DNA of 64,000 bases from an uncultured delta proteobacterium (GTDB lineage: Bacteria > Desulfobacterota > Binatia > UBA9968). The notes beneath the pieces were generated by a model. It was not told the origin of the DNA. It did no database searches and saw only the letters and a list, made by a program, of their open reading frames with translations. The position numbers and the translations under genes were made by a program. Shown piece by piece: positions 12,081 through 21,705 of this stretch. Location of the stretch: positions 1-64,000 of the forward strand of contig CAVSLC010000001.1 of the NCBI GenBank assembly GCA_963728565.1, read 5' to 3'. Numbering within the stretch: the stretch's first letter is position 1; each line of letters begins with the position of its first letter.

Positions 12081-13085
12081 TCACGGCAAGCCGAAGATCT
12101 GCCGATAAGTTTTCAGGCTTTGTTGAGCGTCCTGCGCCTTTTCCGGATGAAGTACGATGCGCTTGAAGCCTTTGATCAGCCGCGGCGGGTTGGGTTCGAC
12201 TCCGTCGCGCAAGGTCACGCGGCTGAAACTCTGCAGCAGCTCCTGCCCCGACTGTGAAAGGATGAAATCGATGAAAAGTTTGGCAGCATTCGGATTAGCC
12301 GCCTTGGAGCCCAGCATGATCCCATCGAATTTGATAACCACGGGTTCCAGGTTGACCCAGTCGACCGGCGTGCCTTGCGACTTGGACCATTCAATGGTGT
12401 GTGTGTATGCGATTGCGAGAGGAAACTCTCCTACCGCTAAAAGCTGCACCCGCTGGCTATTGCCGCGTCCAACGACGGGCTCTTGCGCGGCCAGTTTCTT
12501 CAGGTAATCCGTTGCCGCGCCGCCTCCCCATGCTTCGCCTAGTCCGACTAAAAGCTCGTAACCTTCATCATCGACAGAAATTTTTCGGCCCTTCCACTTA
12601 GGATTGAGCAAATCCTGGTAGGTCTTGGGCGCATCTTCGCGTTTCACCTCTTGGGTGTTGAAACCGACCCCGGTCGGCAGCGCGTAGGTGCCGGTCCAAT
12701 ATCCCTCTTTGTCTTTCAGATCCTGACTAAAGTGGCGGCGCTCCGGCGACTCGTGCGGCGCAATCAATTTCTTTTGCTTGAGTTCGTAGATGAACTCCGG
12801 CGTCGTTTGCGAAACGACATCCCAACTCGACCGCCCGGCGCGCGCTTCCAGAAGTATTTTATTGTGCAGCCCCACGCTGCCGCTGCGCCAGTAGTTGGCT
12901 CTGATGAAAGGGTAAAGCTTCATGAACTCGTCGACTATTTTTTGTGACTGGTCCTGGGCGATGGTGCTCCACCAAAACAGTTGGCCTTCTTTCTTCGCCG
13001 CCGCGATTACTTTAGGATCGGCCGCCGCTCCCGCGTGCGGCGCAAACCACAAAATCAGCCAAACAAGCATCAGCGCCGGCCACAA
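12081..13085 (-). CDS. ABC solute-binding protein, Fe3+/thiamine/polyamine (AfuA/FbpA-like) cluster
   Basis: Signal peptide; AAKKEG.L..W, PKTYQDLLNPKWKG and NPNAAKLFIDFILS..GQ motifs. Confidence 0.85.
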   Translation of the reverse strand: MWPALMLVWLILWFAPHAGAAADPKVIAAAKKEGQLFWWSTIAQDQSQKIVDEFMKLYPFIRANYWRSGSVGLHNKILLEARAGRSSWDVVSQTTPEFIYELKQKKLIAPHESPERRHFSQDLKDKEGYWTGTYALPTGVGFNTQEVKREDAPKTYQDLLNPKWKGRKISVDDEGYELLVGLGEAWGGGAATDYLKKLAAQEPVVGRGNSQRVQLLAVGEFPLAIAYTHTIEWSKSQGTPVDWVNLEPVVIKFDGIMLGSKAANPNAAKLFIDFILSQSGQELLQSFSRVTLRDGVEPNPPRLIKGFKRIVLHPEKAQDAQQSLKTYRQIFGLP

Positions 13086-13106
13086 CGCGCTGCATAGGGT
13101 CCACCT

Positions 13107-13817
13107 TCATGCGGGGATTTTCTCCTGCGCCTCGGCTATTCCTTTGCGGAACAATGCGTTGAAATCCAGGGACCTTTTGGCCGCCGTCAAAGCGAGTTGT
13201 TCCTTTCCGCCCGTCGCATATTCCGACAGGAAAGGTAAAAACATATCGCTATGCTTTTCGTCGGCCTGGCTGTGCGCCTGCAAGTTGGGAATCTGCTTCC
13301 AGGTAAAACCCATCTCCTCCATCCATTTTTTTGCCATGCGGGTGGATTGACCGCCGCCGAGATCGCCCAACAGCCGGTCATCGTTGCACCACTCGGTGAT
13401 CGTCATCGCCGCCAGTCCTTCAATCCAGCTAAGCTCGCTGGTGATCCACGACCAGGCATAGAGTACCGCCCGTGTTTCCAGCAGCGGCTCGGCGTTCAGT
13501 ATTTGCTCGGGCTCCAGACCGACTGATTTTCCCTGGTTGATGATCAGATGGAGATGACCATAGTCCGAGAAGTCATCGCGAATGATTTCCTCGTATTCGT
13601 GCTCGAGAATCCGTTGTTTGACGCCCAGGATCGGGCAGTTGGCCGAAACGTGCGCCCAACATTCGCGCCGGTGACGCACATAAAGACTTTGCTGCATCAC
13701 CATGACTGCGGCGCGCGGTTTGGTCATCTTGATCGAAAAATAGTGGTCGAGCTCAGGCGATCTGATGTAATCGCGCACCATTTCACCCATCGTCTCGTGC
13801 CACTGGGATTCGTTCAC
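13107..13817 (-). CDS. Heme-oxygenase-fold diiron protein, paralog 2
   Basis: RRECWAHVSANCP; HEYEE-x10-H; ITEW; HSQADEKH. GTG start overlaps the upstream SBP stop (GTGA). Confidence 0.8.
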   Translation of the reverse strand: MNESQWHETMGEMVRDYIRSPELDHYFSIKMTKPRAAVMVMQQSLYVRHRRECWAHVSANCPILGVKQRILEHEYEEIIRDDFSDYGHLHLIINQGKSVGLEPEQILNAEPLLETRAVLYAWSWITSELSWIEGLAAMTITEWCNDDRLLGDLGGGQSTRMAKKWMEEMGFTWKQIPNLQAHSQADEKHSDMFLPFLSEYATGGKEQLALTAAKRSLDFNALFRKGIAEAQEKIPA

Positions 13818-14784
13818 GACTTGCCTCCTTTGTAGAGCCGGTCGATGAAACCTTCCTGCGCCAAACGATCGACGATGGCGTTATCGAAGAGCTGCACTTT
13901 AGGCGGGCTCTTCTGGCCGACCATCTCCAAGACAGTTTCGATGGCTGCCGGATCGACCCGCGGAATTGCATCCAGGTACTTGGTGACGAACTCGTAGTGT
14001 TGTTCCGCCGAGCCGCCGCGTTGCCCCATGTATTTCTCGAGCACCTTGAGACCCTGGGCCTTTCGGGTTTTGAGCGCCGCGATCCCCTCTATGTAGGACG
14101 CGACGATCCTCTCAACGGTTTTAGGTGATCGTCGATAGAAATCGTTACTGACGGCCAGCAAGTTCATCGAGAATGGAATGCCCAGCTCCGCGGCGTCCAC
14201 TAACATCTTGGCCTTCGGACCCGGCGCCTGCGATGACACCCTGCCCTCCGCTTGCCCGGCGCGAAAACCAACGTCCGCTTCGACCACGCCGCCGAACTGG
14301 CGCAACTCGGCCTTACCTTCCAGATTGAGTTTGCGCATGATCAGCCGGGTGACAAAGTCGCTGGTAGAGCCGAACCGAGTGATCGCCAGAGTCTTACCCT
14401 GGAGCTGCTCCGCGCGTTGAATATCCGGCTGAACCCAAAGCTGCATACCAGGCCGGCTGGTATTGCTGCCCACCGCGATGATCGGCGCTCCTTTGATGAT
14501 TGCCGCCACCACTGCGTTACTCGCGCCCAACGCCGCGTGAACGCTGCCGCCTACCAGCGCCTGGATTGCGATCGCGCCGGAACTGATATGAACCAGCTCG
14601 GCATGCAAGCCGTTGCGATCAAGGCACCGATCTCTTTGGCCATCCAGATTCCGGACATGCTCGGGCTGATGGCAGCGTAGGCAAAAGCAACTTTCTCTTT
14701 GGGAGCGTCCGCTGAAAATGCGGTGTGCGACGACAGCAGCAAGAGCAGAATTAGTTTCGCAAACAAAACACAACCTAGGGTCAA
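13814..14784 (-). CDS. SsuA/THI5(NMT1)-type solute-binding protein (one frameshift near 14620)
   Basis: Signal peptide plus WMAKEIGA in ORF 14551-14784; remainder (ITRFGSTSD; FDNAIVDRLAQEGF) in ORF 13814-14896. Confidence 0.85.
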
Positions 14785-14902
14785 AGCTTTTACGTTGACT
14801 AGTTGATTTAAAATCGCCCGGGAGCCGCTTCAACGGGGCATGGAGCCCGTAAAACTCGATCGAGTCATTCATTGTCTGCCTAAAGCACTTTAACATTGGT
14901 CA

Positions 14903-15614
14903 TCAGTCAGGTAGCGCCTTCATCGCGTCGGCAAGACCCTTTTGATAAAGACGGTACAACTCTTCGGATTCTTTTGCGGCCTGCAATATCATCTCTCGGT
15001 TCTCGCCGGAGCCGAACTCCTCCCAAACCGGAAGAAACATATCGACGTGACCTTTGTCGGCTTCGCGGTGGGCCTTCCAGTTCGGCAGATCGTCCCAGGT
15101 GATGCCCAGATATTTGACCCAGAGATTTCCCATTCGCGCCGAGTGACCGCCGCCAAGATCGGCCAAAAGGCGATCGTCCTGGTTCCATTCGGTCATGCGT
15201 CATTGCCGCCAAACCTTCGAGCCAGCTTTTTTTCTTGCACATCCAACCCCACGCATACAATGTCGCGGCTGTAGTCGGGATCGGCTTACTTTGCAAAATA
15301 TCCTCGGCCGTAAGCCCAATCGATTTTCCCTGGCGGATGATCAAATCCAAATGACCATGCTCGGAGTGCGCATCCCGGATCATCTCCTCGTACTCATGCG
15401 CGAGTATCTTCTGCTTGACCGCCAGCACCGGGCAGTTTCCTGAAACATACGCCCAGCAGTCGCGACGATGACGAACGTACAAGGAAAGCTGCTTAAGGAT
15501 GAGTTGTGCCCTCGGCTTGGTTATCGGGAGCGAATAGTATCGCTCCAACTCCGGCGAAGACATCGTCGCGCGAGCTAATTCCCCGAAAGCGGCGTTCCAA
15601 CCGTTCGCATCCAT
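14903..15614 (-). CDS. Heme-oxygenase-fold diiron protein, paralog 3 (1-nt frameshift near 15197)
   Basis: RRDCWAYVSGNCP and HEYEE-x10-H in ORF 14907-15614; TEW...HREADKGH in ORF 14903-15196. Confidence 0.8.
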
Positions 15615-15691
15615 AGTAATTCTCCTCGATCTTCAAACAACCGCGGCCCGGTTGGGCTGTGGAGTGTGCGGGGAATTTCTGAGGCTCTCCG

Positions 15692-16400
15692 CTAAGCGAA
15701 CTTTGCCATCTCCTGCGCAATTCCCGCGCGGAATATCTTCAGCAACTCCATCGACTCTTTGGCCGCTCGGTAGGCAAGCGCTTCCTTCTCGCCGGTAGCG
15801 AACTTTTCCAGATCGTCCAAAAACATATCGCTATGCTCTTCGTCCGCCTCGCTGTGAACTTTGAAATTCGGCATTTGCTCCCAGCCAAAGCCAAGATCGT
15901 CCATCCAACGCTTGGCCATGCGACTGGACAGACCGCCGCCGAGGTCCTGGAGCAAGCGGTCATCATTGGCCCACTCGGTAATGGTCAGAGCGGCCAAACC
16001 TTCGATCCAACTCTTCTCTCTCGTCATCCATGCCCAGGCGTACAGAGTGGCGAAAGTCGTCGGCAAAGGCTCGACTTCCAAAACTTCCTGCGGGCGAGAG
16101 TCCTAACGCTTTTCCCTGCCGGACGATCAGGTCCAGATGCCCATGCTCGGTGTATTCATCCTTGATCACCTCGCCATATTCATGCTGCAGGATCTTTTGC
16201 TTCACCGACATCTGCGGGCAGTTGCCGGAAACGTGCGCCCAACAATCGCGACGGTGGCGAATAAACAGGCCCAATTGCGTGATGAAGATTTGTGCGCCGG
16301 GTCGCGTGATCTTGACCTGAAAATAGCGATCCAGTTCCGGTGCGCGCATCGCGTCACGCACCAACTCTCCCAATTCCCGGCGCCACTCAGCTCGCTTCAT
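15692..16400 (-). CDS. Heme-oxygenase-fold diiron protein, paralog 4 (1-nt frameshift near 16093)
   Basis: RRDCWAHVSGNCP and HEYGE-x10-H in ORF 15963-16400; ITEW...HSEADEEH in ORF 15692-16081. Confidence 0.8.
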
Positions 16401-16413
16401 GCGGATCTCCCCG

Positions 16414-17400
16414 TTACTTGTAAAGCTTGTCGACGAAGCCTTCTTTGATGATCGAATCGATGATGCTGTTATCGAAGAACTCGTTCAGCGAGCTATCCTT
16501 TTTGCCTTCCCAATTGAGTACGGTTTGAATCACCGCCGGGTCTGTTCTCGCGTTACGATCCAAATATTTGACGGCATAGTCATAGGCTTCGTCCAGTGAT
16601 TCACCGCCTCCGAGGAGATATTTGGCTAGAACTTTATAAGCCAGGTCTTTTCTGCTTCTAAGCCCCGCCACTCCTTCGATGTAAGCCTTAAGCATAGCCT
16701 CCACCGTCTTCGGAGAACTCTTGTAGAAGTCCCGCTTGACAGCGATCAGATCCATCGAGAAAGGAATTCCCATGTCGGGCAAATCAACTAACATGCGAAC
16801 CTTTGGACCGGGCTTCATGCTCCGTACAGCCCCGGCGATCATCCCGGTCCGAATAGCGGTGTCGACCTCCCGGGTGCCACCCATCGGTTGAATTTTGACC
16901 TTGTCCTGGAGTCCCAGCTTTTCGAGCACGAACTGGGTTAAGAAATGCGTCGACGAGCCATGCCGGGTAATGCCCAGGACTTTTCCTTGAAGCTGCTCCG
17001 GTTTGGTGATCTCAGGCTGAACAAATAAACTCATCGCCGGCCGGTTGGTGATGCTGCCCACCGCAACAAGCGGCGCGCCACGCAGAATCGAGCTGACTAC
17101 CGCATTGCTAGCGGCCACGCTCATATCGAGATTACCGCCTACCATCGCCTGGACCGTAACGCTGCCGGAGCTAATGTAGATGAGATCGGCCTTGACGCCA
17201 TGCTTCTCAAAAGCTCCCATCTCCTTTGCCATCCATACTCCGGCAAAGATCGGGCTGACTGCAGCATACGCAATGGTTACTTTGGGCGGCGTCTGCGCCG
17301 GCGAGGCTCGCGGGCATGCCAGCAAAGAAAACGACGAACAAGCGCGCTCAAACCGAACTAGACAACGAACAATTCCGCCATCAGCGATAACCACATGCGC
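16414..17400 (-). CDS. SsuA/THI5-type solute-binding protein (start approximate; signal peptide region probably frameshifted)
   Basis: WMAKEMGAFEKHG; GITRHGSSTH; FFDNSIIDSIIKEGF. Confidence 0.85.
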   Translation of the reverse strand, partial: AHVVIADGGIVRCLVRFERACSSFSLLACPRASPAQTPPKVTIAYAAVSPIFAGVWMAKEMGAFEKHGVKADLIYISSGSVTVQAMVGGNLDMSVAASNAVVSSILRGAPLVAVGSITNRPAMSLFVQPEITKPEQLQGKVLGITRHGSSTHFLTQFVLEKLGLQDKVKIQPMGGTREVDTAIRTGMIAGAVRSMKPGPKVRMLVDLPDMGIPFSMDLIAVKRDFYKSSPKTVEAMLKAYIEGVAGLRSRKDLAYKVLAKYLLGGGESLDEAYDYAVKYLDRNARTDPAVIQTVLNWEGKKDSSLNEFFDNSIIDSIIKEGFVDKLYK

Positions 17401-17487
17401 CTCAAGCTGCCTCCGACCAAGACGAGACTCATACTTTGACGCGAGAAACTCCAACAGGTAACGCGGCGGATTTCTCAATGCAGGCTG

Positions 17488-17827
17488 CTAAATCGGCCAG
17501 CCGTGTTCGGAAACGTCGACCCGATTGCCTTCGGCATCTTTGATCCAGCTCTCCGCAATGGCTCCGTAGGTGTTGTCCTCGGCTTTGGTATCGGCAATTT
17601 TCTTCGATTTCTTTGACGCTTTCGACCTTGAACCCAAAGTGGTGAATTCCCCATGGATATTTCTCGGTATGGATGAGAGCGAGATCGAGATGGCCGTCGG
17701 ATAGATAAATAGTTCCTCCAGGCCGCCGGTGTTTTTCTTCCATGCCGAAAACTTTCTTATAGTACTCTGCGGTCTTGTCGAGATCTTCGACGTTGATAGC
17801 GATGTGCCTGATTCTTGGCTTTTCCAT
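17488..17827 (-). CDS. VOC (glyoxalase/extradiol dioxygenase superfamily) protein, ~112 aa, one frameshift near 17600
   Basis: GGAGG RBS; IRHIAINVEDL...YYKKVFGM, GIHHFGFKV, and in the second frame KDAEGNRVDVSEHGWPI-stop. Confidence 0.85.
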
Positions 17828-17855
17828 GAGCATCCTCCTTATTTCATTAGAAATA

Positions 17856-18569
17856 TTAGTTGAGCGGAGTCTTTTCCATGGCCCGGGCCACGCCTTCACG
17901 ATAAAGCCCAAACAGAGCAAGCGACTCTTTGACTGCGGCGAGCGCCAGTTCTTCCTTCTCGCCGGTGGCATACTCCGAAAGAAACGGCAAAAACATATCG
18001 CTGTGCTCTTCATCCGCCTGCGAATGCGCGACAAAATTCGGCATGTCGCGCCACGCCAGTCCCAGGTCATCCATCCAGCGCCGGCCCATCCGGGTAGAGT
18101 GACCGCCGCCGATATCGTTCAAGAGGCGGTCATCATTGGTCCATTCGGTAACCGTCAGGGCGGATAAGCCTTCGACCCAGCTCTTAGCGTGCGTCAGCCA
18201 GGCCCAAGCGTAAAGCGTCGCGGTCGTGCTTAAAAGGGGTTTGGTGTCGACAACCTCGCGGGCGGTCAAGCCGAGCTTTTCCGCTTGGCGGATGATCAGA
18301 TGAAGATGGCCGAATTCTGAATACTGATCCTTGATCACTTCGCCGAACTCGTGCCTGAGGATTGCTTGCTTCACCACCATCACGGGACAATTGGCAGATA
18401 CCAGCGACCAGCAATCACGCCGGTGGCGAATGTAAAGTCCCAATTGCGTGATCATGAGCTGCGCCCGCTGCTTGTTCATTTTGACGGAAAAATAATATTC
18501 CAGCTCCGGCGAGCGCATGTGATCGCGCACCATCTCGCCGATCGCCTTTCTCCACTGCTCAACTTGCAT
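17856..18569 (-). CDS. Heme-oxygenase-fold diiron protein, paralog 5
   Basis: RRDCWSLVSANCP; HEFGE-x10-H; VTEW; HSQADEEH; GGAGG RBS. Confidence 0.8.
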   Translation of the reverse strand: MQVEQWRKAIGEMVRDHMRSPELEYYFSVKMNKQRAQLMITQLGLYIRHRRDCWSLVSANCPVMVVKQAILRHEFGEVIKDQYSEFGHLHLIIRQAEKLGLTAREVVDTKPLLSTTATLYAWAWLTHAKSWVEGLSALTVTEWTNDDRLLNDIGGGHSTRMGRRWMDDLGLAWRDMPNFVAHSQADEEHSDMFLPFLSEYATGEKEELALAAVKESLALFGLYREGVARAMEKTPLN

Positions 18570-18653
18570 CCTTGCCTCCTCGACCTGCTTGCCTTGCTTA
18601 CGCGGCTTTCAGTCAGCCATCTGTCTCCCTATATCCGATTATCGCTGCGCAGC

Positions 18654-19673
18654 TCAAGGCTTCTTGTAAAGCCTTTCAATAAACCCTTCGCGCACCATCT
18701 TATCCACCATCGAGTTATCCGCGAACGTCTCGAGCGGTACTCCCTTTTTGCCGATGAATTCCAAAATCGAATCGATTGCTTCCGGCTCAACCCGCGGTGT
18801 CTTCTCGAGATACAAAATCGAATCCTGATAGATCTCGTCAATTTTCTTCTGATCGCGCAAGCGGGCATACTTGGCGATGGCTTTGTAGGCTCGCTCCTTT
18901 TGGAAATGAATTGCCGCTACCCCTTCCGTATAGGCGCGGACCATGCCGTCGACCACGTGCGGGAAGCGCTTCAGGTCGTCGCGCGAATGGGCAACAACGT
19001 CCATCGAATACTGAAAACCCAGGTCTTCGAGCTTGAGTAATAACCGTGGCTGCATACCGGCATCAACACGGAGGCTTGACGTAACGGCGCCGGCGATCTG
19101 CTTGTTTTGAAATGCCGCGCTGACTTCGATGGTGCCGCCCATCTGACGCACACTGACGGCGTTTTCCAAGCCGTATTTTTTGAGCAGCATGCGGGTTAGA
19201 TTGTCGGTCACCGAACCAAAGCGTGTCACACCAACGGTCTTGCCCTTGAGATCTTCGATGCGGGTAATTTCGGGTTGAACCCAAAACCGATGATACGGCC
19301 GGTTCGCCGTGCTCAACACCGAAACAAGCGGCGCGCCGCGCAGAACCGCCGCGATCACGGCGTTGGTTGCGGCGACGCCGCCGACGATGTCGCCGCCCAA
19401 CAACGCTTGCACCGTAGTCGGACCGGACGAGATGTAGATCATTTCGGCATCGATGCCGTACTTTTCATAGGCGCCGATCTCTTTGGCCATCCATGAGCCT
19501 GCGGCCATGGCTCCGACTGTGGAATAACCGAAAACAAGTTTTTTTGTTTGCGCGGCAAGCTCGGCGGGCGTGAATAGCAAAGCGCAAACGCTGATCATCA
19601 AGGCGGATCTTAAAAAGTCTATTAACAACTGCATCTTTTTCCTTTCGTGTTCGTGTTGATGATCGAAGGACAA
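18654..19673 (-). CDS. SsuA/THI5-type solute-binding protein
   Basis: Signal peptide; WMAKEIGAYEKYG; GVTRFGSVTD; FADNSMVDKMVREGF. Confidence 0.9.
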   Translation of the reverse strand: MSFDHQHEHERKKMQLLIDFLRSALMISVCALLFTPAELAAQTKKLVFGYSTVGAMAAGSWMAKEIGAYEKYGIDAEMIYISSGPTTVQALLGGDIVGGVAATNAVIAAVLRGAPLVSVLSTANRPYHRFWVQPEITRIEDLKGKTVGVTRFGSVTDNLTRMLLKKYGLENAVSVRQMGGTIEVSAAFQNKQIAGAVTSSLRVDAGMQPRLLLKLEDLGFQYSMDVVAHSRDDLKRFPHVVDGMVRAYTEGVAAIHFQKERAYKAIAKYARLRDQKKIDEIYQDSILYLEKTPRVEPEAIDSILEFIGKKGVPLETFADNSMVDKMVREGFIERLYKKP

Positions 19674-19870
19674 TTCAAAAAGTGCCTGGCGTCGAACGCC
19701 TATAGGGGCAATTGACCCACCTGGCTATAAGCCTCAATTTACTGCCCGCGAGATGAACTTGGATGCTGGCCCTATAACAATCAACTCCATGCTCCAAGAT
19801 TGAGAAGGTTCATTGCCATGGATGCGATGAGCCGTATGACTGAACCATCGAAGCTGACAAGAAAATCTTT

Positions 19871-20606
19871 CTACAACGCAGGACTGATCAATTCACGCCC
19901 AAGAAATTCAGTTACCAGCGGCCAGGCAAGATCCGCCAGATACGGTTGGTAGCCATCCGATTCCGTGGAAGCAAAGCCGTGATTGCCGAAATGAAAGTAA
20001 TGCCATTCCAACGGCTGTCCGTTGGCGTGAAAACTTTCCATCACCTTCTGCTGGATCGCGAACGTGCTGGTCCGGTCGTTGCCGCCGTACAGAACCATTG
20101 AAGGACATTTGATCTCACGGGCGGCATCGTACGGGTGGCGCGGTCTGATCGGTGTTGGCGGCTCTTCGCGCACCGATGGGTAATAGGCGACAAAGGCGCG
20201 CACCGCCGGCGTCGCCGCGACAAAATGAATACCGATGCGCCCGCCCATGCAATAGCCGATGACACCGACCCGCGAACGATCAACGTCGTCGCGTGAAAGG
20301 CAATAACGCCATCCCTGATCGATGACGCGGACGAAATCCGGATCGGGTGTCTTGTTTTGGATTTCCGTTCCCTTGTCGATGTGGGTTTCGGCGGGATAAC
20401 CGAGCATGTGATAGAGATTGGGAACAACTGTGGTGTAACCCAACTGAGCGAATCTATAAGCGGCAGTCTTGAGGTAGCCGGTGAGACCGGAGTGCTGGTG
20501 AATCAACAACAGCGCGGGGCCCTTCTGCGCCTGCTCTGCGATGGGCGATGTAGCCTTCGACGCCGTCTTTCTCCTGGTACAATCTGCGCGTTTTAATGGT
20601 TGTCAT
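19871..20606 (-). CDS. Dienelactone hydrolase family protein (frameshift near 20540)
   Basis: GYCMGG nucleophile motif; YGGND; HGF. True start MTTIKTRR at 20606 after GGAG. Confidence 0.9.
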
Positions 20607-20624
20607 CGTTTCAGCTCCTGATCG

Positions 20625-21605
20625 CTAGGACTTCTTGTAAAGCTTTTCGAAAAAGCCCTCCCGAGTAAGCTTCTCGACAATTGAGTTGTCCTGGAAAGTC
20701 TCGGCGGGAATCCCCCGTTTGCCCATAAATTCCAGGATTGTTTGCACCGCCTCGGGTTGGGCGAGTGGGATACGATCCAGATATGTGACCGAGTCGCGAT
20801 AGTGATCTTCGATTTGCTTGGGATCACTGAGATGCCCATACTTGGCGATGATCTTTAGCGCGCGTTCCTTGTTCTGATTCATGAACGCCACACCTTCGGC
20901 ATAGGCACGGACAATTCCCTCGACCGTTTCCGGACTGCGCTTCAATGTATCGCGGGATACCGCGAGCATGTTCATCGAATATGGAATACCCATGTCGACC
21001 ATATTGACCAGGATCTTCGGTACCGTTAGAGAAGGCCCGCGCAGTTCGCCGGTCACGGCGCCGGCGATCTGACGATTCTGAAATGCCGCCGCTACTTCCA
21101 TGGTTCCGCCCATCTGCCGCACGTTGACGTTGCCTTCCAGTCCATGTTTTCGCAGCAAGATGCGGGTCAAGTTGTCGGTGATCGAGCCGAAGCGCGTGAC
21201 GCCGAGAGTTTTTCCTTTTAAATCTTCGAGCCGGTTGATATCCGGCTGGACGAACAGCCGATGATAAGGCCGGTTGGCGGTTCCGCCGACGGCGACAATC
21301 GGCGCGCCGTTCAGAACTGCATTGATAACCGCATTGCTCGCCGCGCTGCCGCCGAGCAGATCGCCGCCGAGCAGAGCCTGCACCACCACCGGACCGGAAG
21401 AAATGAAAATGATATCCGTCTGGATGCCGTTCTTCTCGAATGCACCGATCTCCTTGGCCATCCACACGCCGGTCGCCATCGATCCCACCGAGGAGTAGGC
21501 AAACTTCAGACGTGACTGAGCTTCGGCGACGGAGTGAATCTGAACGCCGAGAAAGATGGACACGGCAAACACCGCGGCTTTGCAAAGCTTCGATCCAGGG
21601 CGCAT
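20625..21605 (-). CDS. SsuA/THI5-type solute-binding protein
   Basis: Signal peptide from MRPGSK; WMAKEIGAFEKNG; GVTRFGSITD; closest to the 18654-19673 paralog. Confidence 0.9.
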   Translation of the reverse strand: MRPGSKLCKAAVFAVSIFLGVQIHSVAEAQSRLKFAYSSVGSMATGVWMAKEIGAFEKNGIQTDIIFISSGPVVVQALLGGDLLGGSAASNAVINAVLNGAPIVAVGGTANRPYHRLFVQPDINRLEDLKGKTLGVTRFGSITDNLTRILLRKHGLEGNVNVRQMGGTMEVAAAFQNRQIAGAVTGELRGPSLTVPKILVNMVDMGIPYSMNMLAVSRDTLKRSPETVEGIVRAYAEGVAFMNQNKERALKIIAKYGHLSDPKQIEDHYRDSVTYLDRIPLAQPEAVQTILEFMGKRGIPAETFQDNSIVEKLTREGFFEKLYKKS

Positions 21606-21705
21606 GGCGGATCCTTTCGCACAAATTGAGACGATATTTGCTTCAGTCTCGCCGAGCCTCAGCAGCAACGAACAGCACAGAGTCGAATGGCCTTCATGTT
21701 TACTG

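Noticed and set aside
14903-16400. Programmed frameshifting in HDO3 and HDO4
   Set aside because: The shifts are at different positions, have no slippery heptamer and match the window-wide indel pattern.
11317-18569. PQQ biosynthesis (pqqC) or thiamine salvage (tenA + thiY) reading of the HO-fold genes
   Set aside because: No pqqA/B/D/E or thi genes are present, and the proteins carry a full E/H/E/H/D/H dimetal set that cofactor-free PqqC and TenA lack. Not fully excluded without a structure search.
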